Source of the DNA: Lama guanicoe
Lineage: Eukaryota
Length of the DNA stretch: 64,000 nt
Direction: 5' to 3'
NCBI GenBank assembly: GCA_013239625.1
Contig: MU054187.1
Span: 22,385,280-22,449,279 of the forward strand
Position numbers and translations under genes: made by a program. Under the pieces are notes generated by a model that searched no databases, was not told the DNA's origin, and worked only from the letters and a program-made list of their open reading frames with translations. Shown here piece by piece: positions 38,186 through 49,959 of the stretch (the stretch's first letter is position 1; each line of letters starts with the position of its first letter).

Positions 38186-38727
38186 AAAGTCAAAATCTGG
38201 GAGAAGAGAGTCACAGTACATGTATCTGAGGAAAGGTTGATGTATAGAATATACACAGAATAGAGAAAAACAATTTGAAATAGACAAAAACAATTTGAAA
38301 TGGACAAAATATTTGAACAGACACTTCCCAAAAGAAAATATACGAATGATTCCTAAGCACATAAGATGCTCTACATAATTAGTTATCAGAGAAACAGAAA
38401 TTAAAACATAGTGGCTTACTGCTACACATCCACTAGAATGCCTAAAATCAGAAAGGCCTGCTGTTACCAAGTGCTGAAAAAGAAACAGAGTAACTGGGAC
38501 TCCTGTACTTTGTTGGTGGGGATGGAAAATGGTCCAACCACTCTGGACAGCAGTTTGGCAATTTCTTACAAAGTGAAATAGACGCTTACCATGTGACCCA
38601 GCCACTCCACCCCTAGGGATTATTTATCCCCCCAAAATGAAAACATATGTCAACATAAAAGCCGTTAACCAAATGTTGAAAAAATTGTTAAGTTATTACA
38701 GCCCCAAACTGGAAACAAATTAAATGG

Positions 38728-38919
38728 GTACCTGATAAACAACAAGTTTCTACTCTATAACACAGGGAACTATATTCAGTATCTTATAGTAACCTATAAT
38801 GAAAAAGAGTATGACAGTGAATATATGTACATATATGTATGACGGAAACATTACGCTGTATGCCAGAAATTGACATAATATTGTAAATTTACTATACTTC
38901 AGTTAAAAAAAAAAGTAAA
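38728..38919 (+). mobile_element. Young L1 3'UTR fragment nested in the old L1
   Basis: gataaacaacaagttt...cacagggaactatattcagtatc...ccagaaattgaca; TSD aaattaaatgg at 38717-38727 and 38920-38930. Confidence 0.9.
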
Positions 38920-39277
38920 AAATTAAATGGCCACCAATAGGACAAATATAAAAAAAAAATTTGGCAAATCTATACAATAGAATAATAGCCAGCAATAAGA
39001 AAAGAAGCAACTATGGCTACACGAAACAACAGAGATGAATCTTGAAAATATGCTGAACTGAAGGAGCCAGACACACAAAAGTGCACGCTGGTTGATTCGA
39101 TTAACAGCAAATCCTTATAAAAGTAAAAGTATTCTCTAGTGACAGAAGGCAGATTGCTAGATGTCTAGGACCAAGGGTCAAACAAGGTAAAGAAGCACCC
39201 AGGTGAGCAAAGGATATAAAACCAGTACATGTGAAAGAGAGAAGTTTCAAGGTGGAGGGAAAACAGACAGGTTAGTG

Positions 39278-39529
39278 CAGAGTTTCTCATCTTCAGCAAA
39301 GTTGCCATTTTGGATCTGATAATTCTTTGCTGCTGTGGCTGCTATTGCTGTGGGGGGGGGGGCTGGTACTGTCCTGTGCACTAAAGGATGCTCAGCACTC
39401 TCTGGCCTCTACCCACAAGATGCCCATGGAAACCTCCCCCCAGCTCCCCAGTTGTGACCATCAAAAATATCTCACAACATATACAAACGTCCTCTGGGAT
39501 ACAAGACAGTCCTCAGCTGAGAACCAGTG
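39278..39529 (+). mobile_element. MER20 (hAT-Charlie MITE)
   Basis: cagagtttctca...ctggcctctacccacaagatgcc...ccagttgtgaccatcaaaaatatctc...tgagaaccagtg; perfect 8 bp TSD ggttagtg at 39270-39277 and 39530-39537. Confidence 0.9.
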
Positions 39530-39535
39530 GGTTAG

Positions 39536-40090
39536 TGTACTTACTATCTCTTGCTGCATAACAAATTATCCTTCAAGTTTAGTGGCTTAAGACAATAAAC
39601 ATTTATTATCTCACAATTGCTATGGGTCAGGTATTTGAGAGAGACTTAGTTGGAGGGTTCTGGCTCAAGGTCTCTAATGAGGTTTCAGTGAAGATGTTTG
39701 CATCACCTAACGCCTAACGGGGGCTGGCGGATCCACTTCCAAGATGGCTCCATATTCATGGGGATTGACAGAAAGCCTCATATACTTGCTGGTTGTTGGC
39801 AGGATATTCGGTTCTTTGCCATGTGGGCATCTGATAGGGCTACCTGATATGCCTTCAGGGCATAGTATTTGCCTTCCCCAGAGCAAGTGATCTGAGAGAG
39901 AGTAGAGACAAGCCACAACATCTTTTAAGACTTACTCTTAGAAGGCACACCCTGTCACTTATGCTACAATGTATCCATTAGAAATAAGTCACTAAGTACA
40001 ACCCACATTCACTTGAAAGGGGATTACACTCCACTTTTTGAAGGGAGGAGTACTGACGAATTTGTGGGCGTATTTTTAAAACATCCTAGT
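39536..40090 (-). mobile_element. MLT1 solo LTR
   Basis: tgtac...ttgctgcataacaaattatcc...ttagtggcttaagacaataaacatttattatctcaca...ggatccacttccaagatggctc. Confidence 0.88.
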
Positions 40091-40682
40091 TGGAGAAAGA
40101 CTCTTTAACAAATGAGTTGAGGGAGACTGTGAGCTATTTAGAGAAACAAAAGGTGAATCATCACACCAAAATAAATCTGAAAGGATCAAATTACATAATG
40201 GCAGAAGTGGAGTGATCAAACATGTAGAAAGAAGTAAAGGCAGATAAGTGATATGATCTCAGGAACGGAAGGACTCGCAAAGCAAAAAATAATAAATGAA
40301 AACAAATATGGAAGAGATGGATAGTTACCTCTAGGATGGATATCTCTGTTATATACAGTGACTTTCTGTGAACACCCTAGCAAGAAAATGGACACGGGAC
40401 CAACAATAAGATACCATATTTGCCCTGTGATGAGAGAGAACATACCATGATAACTTTGGCTCAATGAGGACAATCATACTGATACAGTGCTGTGGGAAAG
40501 TTGAAAGTAACAATTATGATGTCAGTAATTTATTGAATATGTGCCACATAGTTCCAGGTATTTTATTTGTAACAACTTATTTTCTTTTTACAGCATCATA
40601 TGGTAGCACTATACCAATTTTCTGGTTGAGACACAGTCCAAATAAGGATTTTGGTCAAACCTCATAGCTCGTAGATGACAGC

Positions 40683-40934
40683 AGCGTTGACTTACCCAAT
40701 TGTCATGACAGGCACAGTGCCTCAGGCTCACCATACTTTTAGAGGCCCATAAAATGTCTAAATGGCTTTTAAAATCAAGAAGAAAAAAAAATGGTCAAAG
40801 AAAATGTTTTCATGTATAATATCAGTACGTTGTCTTTCTATCCAAGAAGTTCTAAGTATAATTCTAAATATTATTTTACGGAGGAAGAGGCCCACAAAGG
40901 TAAAAGGGTCCATGAAAATCAGAATGTGGCCCTG
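40683..40934 (-). mobile_element. hAT MITE (MER96B-like) inserted into a MIR
   Basis: aggcacagtgcctcaggctcaccatacttttagaggcccataaaatg...ggaggaagaggcccacaaagg...tgtggccctg; antisense MIR sequence on both sides (40505-40682 and 40935-40990). Confidence 0.65.
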
Positions 40935-41383
40935 GGTGGCTGAGCTGCGTTTTGATTTCAGGCGATGTGACACCTAAGCCCATGTTCTTCCTGAAAGGTA
41001 ACTTACCAATATGTTTCAAAAGAGCTAAAATTGTTCACACCTTTGATTACTTTTAAGGATATAAATTAAGGCAGTAAGTAAGCAATAATTATGGGCAATC
41101 CTTTATGGAAAGACACTTATAGTAGTGTTCATTTGAAACCAAAGAAACATTTACTAATGAAAGGTGGGTCCAAGGTTGGCTGTCAACTTACAGGCCTCAG
41201 GGAGGAGTAAGTTCTTCTGGATGGAGGTGAATGGGGGGAGCGGGGACTGAGGACTAGGGAGAGCTGAAGGCAGAGCAAGAAGTGGAAGGGGGCCTGTATG
41301 CATCCCACAGGTGCTGTGCAGACCCCTCTGGGGTATGTGTAGGTTATGCCTGAGAGCGTAGTCATGAACATGTTCTTGAATTT

Positions 41384-41666
41384 TTTATTTTTTACTTTTT
41401 ATTTTTTTCCTTTTTCAGTTTTATTAGGTAGAATTATTATAGTTCAACTGCACATACACAATATGTTGCACATAAATACATATATACAGTATACTGTACT
41501 TTTTTTAGTTGACTTACATGTACTGATCATTGTTTCTAAGAACAGATTAGAGCTTTAGCTTTTTAAAGTTACGTAGCTATCAAAGGAATAAAGCCAACTA
41601 CAAAATAAGAATCAACAGAATGCAGTAATCCAATCATAAAGGACAGTCGAGTGTGCTTACAAATAC
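41384..41666 (-). pseudogene. Retrocopied mRNA 3' end (3'UTR-only processed fragment; parent unidentified)
   Basis: Degenerate poly-T, TTTATT (AATAAA on minus strand) at 41420-41425, ~240 bp of AU-rich sequence not recognised as a repeat, TSD tcttgaattt at 41374-41383 and 41667-41676. Confidence 0.65.
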
Positions 41667-43144
41667 TCTTGAATTTATTTTTAAAGGAGCTGGACATGCA
41701 AAAAGGGAAAGATTAGAGGAAACCATACACTTCGAAGTAAAGATGAGTTAGGACAATCAGGGAACTCAGATTTTGTCATAACAGGAGAGACAGCATGGGA
41801 GCATGAAAGACGCCTTGATGATCATGCTGATCTTGTCTTGAAAGCTCTGATGAGCCAAAGAAAGATTGTAAGCAGTGGAGTGGTATGCTCAGATATGTTT
41901 TGGAATAATCATTTTGGATACAAAATGCATCAAACCAAGGTATGAAGTCAGAGGGTAGGAACCAATGTGATGGAGAGGAAGAAAATGTGCTTTTATTCAG
42001 TCAAGAGATATTTATTGAATCCTACAAATATTGACGGAGTGCCAATGTTCTCGCTACACAAGTCTTTCAAAAGCTTTGTTAAGATGGAAGAAAGGACTAG
42101 AAAGAGGTCTGAAGTCGAGGAAAAATTTAAGACAGAAAAGTCTTAAAACATGGTTATGCTGAAGAGTTGTACCCAAAAGAAAGGATGAGGTTAAAGATAT
42201 GACAAGGAGGATCTCACGCGAGGGAGGAGACAGTGGAGAGTTTCTCTCTGAGGGGAGCAGGGACATCCAGTCTCTGAAATGGAGGAAAACCAGTAAGCCA
42301 GGGTGTGGACAGAGGAAATTTGTGGGGTTTGGGTGGGGCGGTTGGGCAAAAATTGTAGAAATCCATACTGGGTGACCTTTATTATCTCTCTGAAGTAGAA
42401 GACCAGGTCATCTGATGAGTAATGTGGTCATCACTGATTTCTATCTGCAGGCTGGTCTTTGTTCTAAAAGCAACGCACAGAACCAAGAGCACTTCTCTAG
42501 ACTGGCTGACTCGTATAAAGGGGGGTAAAGACCCTTCTTTAAGGGACTGCTGTCTGGATTCATTGCACTGACACATGTACTTGCTCAGTACTTTATCAGT
42601 GTACTCTTGCGGGGACGGGGGTAGTGAATGGTTTGATTACTAGTAAAAGGGGACTGGAAGTGTTCTGGTATGACCATCTGCTTAAATGCAATTATTTACT
42701 CTTGCAATGGGTTCTAAGTCAAACACTCAGCCAGGTCAAGGAGTATTTATTAACAGTCTCCTTTTGCTGTAAGCGCTCAAGAACGTCAGTGCCCCGAGCA
42801 CCTTACCTGAAGTCAGGCAAGGGTTCGGCAGCGAACCGGAAAGTCAAGTCTGCAGCACCCACCTCGGCTCAGAGAAGCCTCTCCCCACATCCCGGCGGTG
42901 GCCCCTCCCCTCCACAGGTTCAGGCCCCGCCCCTCTCTCCCATTGGCTAGCCCCGCCCTCCCCTCGACCGCTCGGAAGACCCGGAGGAGCGGAGTTTTCC
43001 AAAGGCGTCGTGGGGCGCCCTGGCTGCGCATGCTCGCGGGAAGCCGGATTCCGGGTCCGGACTTGGAGGCTCTGGGCCGCCGCGGCGCTGCGCGCGTGGC
43101 CGGGCCGGCGGGGAGGCGGGCGCGCGGGGCGCGGCGCCGGCGGC

Positions 43145-43396
43145 NNNNNNNNNNNNNNNNNNNNNNNNNNNNNNNNNNNNNNNNNNNNNNNNNNNNNNNN
43201 NNNNNNNNNNNNNNNNNNNNNNNNNNNNNNNNNNNNNNNNNNNNNNNNNNNNNNNNNNNNNNNNNNNNNNNNNNNNNNNNNNNNNNNNNNNNNNNNNNNN
43301 NNNNNNNNNNNNNNNNNNNNNNNNNNNNNNNNNNNNNNNNNNNNNNNNNNNNNNNNNNNNNNNNNNNNNNNNNNNNNNNNNNNNNNNNNNNNNNNN
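43145..43396. other. Assembly gap (252 N)
   Basis: Run of N in the most GC-rich part of the island. Confidence 1.
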
Positions 43397-43420
43397 GGCG
43401 GCGGCGGCGGCGGTGGCGGC
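43397..43420 (+). repeat. (GGC)5 GGT (GGC)2 trinucleotide repeat abutting the gap
   Basis: ggcggcggcggcggcggtggcggc directly visible. Confidence 0.95.
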
Positions 43421-45059
43421 GCCCGGACCCCCAGCGCGGTCCGCCCGGGGCGGGACCCTCCGAGGGCCGTCGGGGCCGGTCCGTGCCGCCCTGGCCGCCG
43501 GCTCCGGCCCGGGGCCCGGGAGTTTTCCCGGGGTGGGGTCACGGGTCCTGCCCCGAGGTGGCCCCGGCACAGGCCTGAGCCGCCCATCCTGGAGCGGGGA
43601 GAAGTGTTTCCGTGACTCGGCAGCCGCGGTGCTCAGGCTCCCGCCTGCCTTCTCCTGTTTCCCTAAACACCTCTCCCCAAACCCCCTAATATTTGGACTT
43701 ACCGCCGGTGTCCTGACTTTCACCACAGCTCCGCCGTCCCAAACCAAGGACTCCCGGCCGTGGAACGTCGTTTTCTCACTCTCGGTGCTTCGCCGACTCT
43801 GCCGCTCCCCCCAACACAACCCCCACCTCCACCCCCGCGACCCGATAGGTCCCAGTGACCTTGCAGTTTTTACTAGCCCTTATCTCGTCTGTGACTTGGA
43901 CCCTCTCCTTTCATCCCTTAAACGTTTTGTTGTTGTTGTTGTTTTAATTCTGAATCTGCCCATTGCTTTTACAATTAAACGATCAGTCTTGTGATCCGTC
44001 GTCTTTATTCCATCGATCTGGAGTCGAGCTTCCTTTGCTCCCGTGATTATGTGAAACCTTCATTACCATAAGAGTATCTGTTGTTTTGACATTTTTACTC
44101 TTCCAGGATAAAATATCTCCCAGGGGCTTGATGTGGCTTTCTTTTCTGTTTGATAGATTTTTGTCTTTTTGTGTAGCTACTGCGCAAGAGGATGTGAGTT
44201 TCTGCTTTAAAACGCTGATAGTAATAGCAAAAGAATAACGCCCCAAGTTACCTTTCCCGTCTTTGGCGTTTTTACTTGAGCTACCCAGTGTTCAGTTGTA
44301 TGCATGCTTCTGCAAGAGTTCATGCGTATATATGAACCCACTTTACTTGTCTCACTAAGTCTCTATGTATTATACAAGCAAAATGGACCTTTTAAAAAAG
44401 AAAGGCATTCTTTTATTTATGTGACTTGTTTTTAGCCAATAAAGTAGATAATTAGCTGTGGCTGGGAATTACCACCTTCGCAAATAGTATTTTTTAAATT
44501 GAAAATTTACTGGCCAAGTTTGAGGAGCGCTTCAAATTGAGAAGTGTTATGTGCGTGGGGAAACAGTTCTTTCTGAATCAGCTTATTGACGTTTTCAAAT
44601 CTTTCTCCCCTTAAAATGCAAAATTGTTTAAATGACCTACAACATAAGGGCTTTGTAAAGCTGTAAGCAAGGGTTATGTTTTTTGGAAGCCTGGCTCGAT
44701 AGAGGATGTTGCATGTAAAATCAATGCCTTCAAGAGATAGTAATCTGCTCACCCTAGGAAGGCTGAAATTTCTTTACTCCCGTACACAACTAGTAAGCAT
44801 CTACTGCATGACTCTGCGATGTGTTTGGGGGAATATAAAGATGAGGATGATAACAATTTCTGCCTTCCCAGACTAAGTTAGGCAGGTAGGGCTGTACACA
44901 GATGTCTGGTTTGTCTTTTAGTACATAGTCACGATTCATACGGAATTCAGATTCAGAGAGGTTAGAGCTCACATCTTATTTGCCAACGTGGGGTTGGGGG
45001 TTATAGAGTTTCTGGTTTCTGAAATCTTTGTTTTAGAAGATGATTATTGAACTATCTTT

Positions 45060-45530
45060 TGATAGGCTGGAAAGGTAATCCGGGCATAGAGAAGGGACAA
45101 AGAGAGCACAGAGTTCATACATGTGGGGAGGAGCAAGTAGTTACATTTGGATGGAATATAAAGTATTTGGACCAGTATAAAGGGTCGTAGACCTTGAAGT
45201 GAAAATGCGGACCAGTTGATGGATTGCTTTTAGTGCCAGGCTAGTGACCTTGAATTCAGTAGGTGATGGGGATTTTGCAGATGATTTTTGAGTTGGAAAT
45301 GAAACTTTTGAGCTGGGAATGAAACAATTGAAGCTTTGTTTTCAGAGGATTAATCTGGCAGCAGTGTGTAGTGTGAATTGAAGTAGGACCCGGAGATAGA
45401 AAGACTTCTTGAGGGCCATGGTTGTAGGTGTGAGGGTCCGAACTGTGGTGGTAATGATAGGAATGGAAAGGAGAAGGAAGTAGTGTGGAATTTGTTGATG
45501 AGAGAGAAAATGAAGACGGTGAAGATTAAC
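45060..45530 (-). mobile_element. LINE-2 fragment
   Basis: tagtgccaggctagtgacct...gatgatttttgagttgg...gaggattaatctggcagcagtgtgtag...ggtaatgataggaatggaaagg antisense L2. Confidence 0.75.
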
Positions 45531-46427
45531 CAAGATTCCGATCCAGTTTGGTTGGGAGAAAAGCGGTACCATTTTGAGCAGCATCCATGGAACCTTTATC
45601 TTCAGCAGATGTGTGTTACTTTACAGCAGATGTTCTTCATCTTTGGGGGATTAGTAATCCTTGGGGAAACTAAAGAAATCTGCTGGCCTGGAAAATTTCC
45701 ATATGCACCTGTGCTTTGTGGATATAATTTTAGGAGAGTCCATGGACCACCTAAGGCTCATCCATGAAGCCCATGGGCCAGTGGGTTGGGAGCAGCACTC
45801 ATAATTACTGGGGGCCTTTTAAAACAACAGAACCTTCAGAGCCTTCCTGTCACCAATAAGAACCTCTTCTGTAGAGACAGATGTGTATATACCTGCAGAC
45901 ATTTTCTGCTCAGACTTGTGTTGTGGTTTATAGTCTACAGAGAATTTTGACAGACTTATCTTATTTGCTATTATATTATAGAGCAGGTATGTCCCCAGTA
46001 TTTGTTAGCAAGCGGGTGAAGTGGAATCCAGAGATGAAGGACAGTGATGGTTTTCGTTCTTATCTGACGATGTGTGCAGCCAATTTACCGTCAGTTGGCT
46101 GTAGTCACTGCCTTGAAGTCACCTCGTCAGTAAGGACCAGATGATTCTGGGAGGATCTTTCCAGTTCTTAACATTTTGTGATTCTTGGGTTGTAGATTTT
46201 CCCTGGGCTGTCTGTACTCTCTGGTTTTCTACCTGCAGGAGAGCTGGTGCAGCTGAAGGATGAATTGGGTGCATGGAGAGCACACAGCAGTAGAGTCACT
46301 CACGTTGAGAAGAATATAGACTTTATGTTCTGGAATTTTGTGACTATTTGGGATTATAATTAATCACACCCCTCCTTTTTTCTGGTTTTGAATAAATTAG
46401 GCAAAAAGACAAGGAACCAGGTGAGCA

Positions 46428-46862
46428 CTGTTTTGGTTATTTATTATTGTGTAACAAACCAACCTGGAACTAAGTGACTTAAAGCAACCAGTTTATTTTT
46501 TTTCTGCTCACAGTTTTGCTGGGCTGGGCTGGGCTCACTTGAGCAGTTCTGCTGGTTCTGCTGGTGGTCACTCTGACGGCTGTCATCCAGCCTGCAGTTC
46601 AGTTCGGCACCAGTCTCTCACCAGTCTTGTCTCAGGGTCACTTCTCTCCATATGGCCTTTCCAGGGGGACTGGTGGCCTTACGTGGTGGCTTCTGGCTCA
46701 CAAGAGTGCAAAAGCGGAAGCAACCAGGCCTTCTTAAGGCCTTGACTTGGAACCAGCCTAGCCTCGTTTCTGCCACATTCTGTTGGTTAGAACCACTCAC
46801 GGGTCCAGCCAGTCCGAGTCAGGGGAAAGGGACCAGAGCAGACAGCTGTATTATATACCACA
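46428..46862 (-). mobile_element. MLT1 solo LTR
   Basis: tgttttggttatttattattgtgtaacaaaccaac...taagtgacttaaagcaac...tctgccacattctgttggttaga. Confidence 0.82.
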
Positions 46863-47500
46863 AAGAGCTTCTGGAAGACTGAACGCTGAGACTTAAGCTG
46901 CCTGGTACTTTGAGTGCTTTGAATCTGGGCCTGTCGGAGGACAAGCTGAGTCTGGAGTGCAGATGATAGCATGTTTGGCTTATTACACAGGTGGGAATGG
47001 CTGGCACTCCCTGGGTAGAAAAAAAGAGCAAGCGTTGGTCCTCTGGGCTTCACCCCGGCCTGACACTGGAGTGGGGCAGGATTGACCCACTCTGCTTGAG
47101 GGTAAGAAAGTGCAGGACGCAGAGCTCAGGCTGCTCCGAGCTGGTGATTTACCCAGTCTCCCCACTGGGTCAGACAGACGTCCTGGTCAGCACCCTCAGC
47201 AGAGAGTAGACCCTTGTGATTAGATGTGATCAGATGTGAGACCTGGGATAGCGGAGCTCCTCGGCCTTGAGCAGCCTTGTGCCTCACACAGTATTTCTGT
47301 TTGCAGTGTCTGGAAAAAGTTTGAGATAAGCCAGCCTTCCTTGGGGAGGAGTCGTAGCAGAGAGAATATTCTTTTCTTGTGGAGTCTCCTCTACTTAGAG
47401 AGGTGTAAAGAATAAGGTGATGTCATCCTTTGCAGGAACAGGTAGATTCATTGATCCACACGCTGGGGTTTTCTCACTTAATCACTTAACTTTATCTCTC

Positions 47501-47527
47501 ATCACTTTATCACTTTATCACTTTATC
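47501..47527. repeat. (ATCACTTT)x3 tandem repeat
   Basis: atcactttatcactttatcactttatc. Confidence 0.9.
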
Positions 47528-48254
47528 TCAGTCTCAGTAGTATCCTTTTTTTTTTTTCAGTTCAGGTTACACGCTAAGTAATGTTATGGCTAACTGGAAT
47601 GAAGAAAGTGTGTGTTTCCCTGTTATCACATGATAGCTTCTAAATGGAACAAGAATCAGTATTTTGTTTAAAGAATTTAGGTATGGATTTGGAACACTTT
47701 TGAATTTTGAACAGACTCAAAAATGGGCCCCTCCCTCCTAGTGCAAATATGTCTTTGCGAATTTCTGAACATGGTAGCACGTTGGCTGTTGCGGGAGGAC
47801 TTGGTGAGTGAGTGTGCTGGGAAATGTGGCTTATATAAATAGGAAATGCCAGGGCAAGTGGAAGGTGTAGATAGGATTACCTTCAAGTGTTCCTTTATGA
47901 CTCCCCTCCCTGCCCTAAATTACACGGGTAGTTTAAAAATGTACTAGCATTAACAGAATTGTAGGTGTGATAGCTTTTTGTTTAACTAAGGAAAGCAAGT
48001 TCGTTTGATAGCTGTTTAGGATACCCATAATTATGATGCAGTGGGACGGCAGAAGCAACCTGACTTGCGTCCTGACTTGAAGTAGACACGTAGAGAGCCC
48101 CACCTTGCCAAGATGTGTTACCCTTTGTGTTTAGTTAGTATGGGGAGGAGAATTAGTTAAATGAACTTGCTGCGTGTAAATTAGGGCCTGCTCTACCTTA
48201 GGAGTAAATAAACTAGATCGCTTTGCTCTTAAGTTTTAAAAATTAAAGGCATTC

Positions 48255-48440
48255 TGGCATGTGGGTTAAGAGTCGTAGCTTTAAAGTCTGGCAGAGCTGC
48301 TTAATTGCAATGTTGCCTCAGTTTCTTCTTCCGTAAAAAGTAAAGAATATCTTCCTTTCTGGATTTTTGTAAGGATTTATTGAAATAACGTTTGTAAAAC
48401 AGAAAGTGTGACCCCTGGGACGTTAGCAGCCCTTCAGTCA
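48255..48440 (+). mobile_element. MIR SINE
   Basis: gggttaagag...gcctcagtttcttcttccgtaaaa...gtaaggatttattgaaataacgtttgtaaa. Confidence 0.7.
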
Positions 48441-48699
48441 ATTTCATTGCTCCTAATGCAAGATGAAAATTCCAACAGGCAGTCCACGTTTCTGTGAGCC
48501 TCTAGTTTCTCAAGGACACGTGTATTTTAGTTTGGCACGTGCAGAGCTGCATAGCAGATCTCACCTCTTAACTTAAAAAATAAGTTGCTAAAAGGTTAAG
48601 AATGAATCTGAGGAAGATACTGACTCAGCATGGCTGGCAGTGTATCAGCTGGTGATGGTTTGGCTGTACAGCCTGGAAACAAGAAGTTGTTAACACCAT

Positions 48700-48878
48700 C
48701 CCTGGATGAAGTGCTGTGCACATCAGAGTTTGTTGAGGTGCCGTCACTGCCCGGTCATCTGGGATCTTGGTTGAACGTGTAGATTCTTGAGTGCGGTTCT
48801 TGGCCGTGGAGTTCAGGAATCTTCATTTTCAATAAGTACCTTAGATGATTTTGTACACATTGGTTTGAGAACTGCTGG
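48700..48878. mobile_element. MER5-like hAT MITE
   Basis: tgcacatcagag...gtagattcttga...caggaatcttcattttcaataagtacc...gatgattttg...gtttgagaactgctg. Confidence 0.6.
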
Positions 48879-49959
48879 TGTAAACTGAATCGGTAACTTG
48901 GGACTCTAGTATTCTCTGAGACCATTTCTTAATCTACAGTGTTCAGTAAATACACATGTATGATGTAAACACAGAGAGAGCTTAACATCTGAACCTATCA
49001 GATGTTTAAAGAGGCTTAAGATAATTGCCAAGGACTGGATCCAGACAAGCTCTAGAAACGTGATCCCTGGTGATTTCAGTAAGATGTAGGCGAGAGAAGT
49101 AACCCTGCAGGAGGCAGGTGTCAGGACTCCATGTTCAAAAAATTTCCCCGTACTTCTGCAAAAGACATTTTTTTGAACGAAGGTATTTCTTTTTTAGAAA
49201 TGCCTACTGAAACAGGTTGGATAGTGTTTTCATTTATCAGATAATCTTACTGCTTTTCACTTAAGTTACTCAGAAATTGAGATTTTGATTGACGTGTGTC
49301 TAATTTGGAATTTGGTCTTTTGGGGAGAAAGTAGTTTGGATGGGGCCCACAATCGGCCTCTGTGGGGAAGAGCCATCGCTTAGCGTGAAGGACATTGACT
49401 TGGGTAGAAAGTCACGAGAGAAGGTTTAAATTTTGAATTGATCAGTCAGTCAAAAACTTGAAGCTTATTTTCTCCAACTTTTGCTGTGATGGCCTGTGTC
49501 TTTGTCACTTGAACCCTCCTCAGTCCTGTGACTGCATCTGTCATTGGAATAGCAGATCTTTAAACTGGGGCTGTTCCTGGAAAAACTTAACCTATGTTTG
49601 TATCAACTTTATTTTTGTCTTGTTAGTACATTTTGTGGCTAAAAAAGAAATGCCAAGCCCATGATTCTTTTTAAATTTGAGTGGAAAGGAGTAGTTGGCA
49701 TGTGTTTGAGAAGCCTGCTGGCTTTGTTTGCTTTTACTGACTGCGGCCAGTTCTTTGGGGGGATCAACGCAACAGCGAGCTCATCTCTTCTTGTCCTGCG
49801 AGCTGTGAGCTGTGGTGTTCAGGTGTGAGCACCCAGAGTAGAAAATGTACCTCGTACTCCGGAATTTCATTGTTCTGCATTAGAAGCCTTGGTAACCATA
49901 ACTTGTTTTAAAATTTTCTTTGTGATTAAAATTTCCTTTTAACTGCTGGCTGTTTAAGA

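Larger units (their letters stand above)
31100..39200 (+). mobile_element. Old near-full-length L1M element (ORF1 and ORF2 remnants, 3'UTR), interrupted by younger insertions
   Basis: A-rich decayed ORF1 (ctagaattctttatccagg); endonuclease-like peptide MLNFNGLDTLIKRQRL...CCLQ...KGWKKI (32473-32724); RT region aaagcatttgataaaac, agacaaggatg, tctttatttgcaga; 3' end near 38200-39200. Confidence 0.88.
42830..43850 (+). promoter_or_regulatory. CpG island, TATA-less promoter and probable first exon of an unidentified gene
   Basis: Very high GC and CpG content; GC boxes at 42925-42932 and 42951-42958 flanking ATTGG (42942-42946); ETS-like accggaaa (42835-42842); NRF1-like tgcgcatgctcg (43025-43036). 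Strand is inferred from the G/T-rich downstream sequence. Confidence 0.85.

Noticed and set aside
42844..43994. Long overlapping ORFs of 190-290 aa across the CpG island
   Set aside because: Artefacts of GC richness and the N gap; low-complexity R/P/G/A content in several frames on both strands.
47545..47565. Strong polypyrimidine tract with tandem CAG acceptors (also acceptor-like sites near 63555 and 63596)
   Set aside because: No convincing paired donor or open frame could be assigned.
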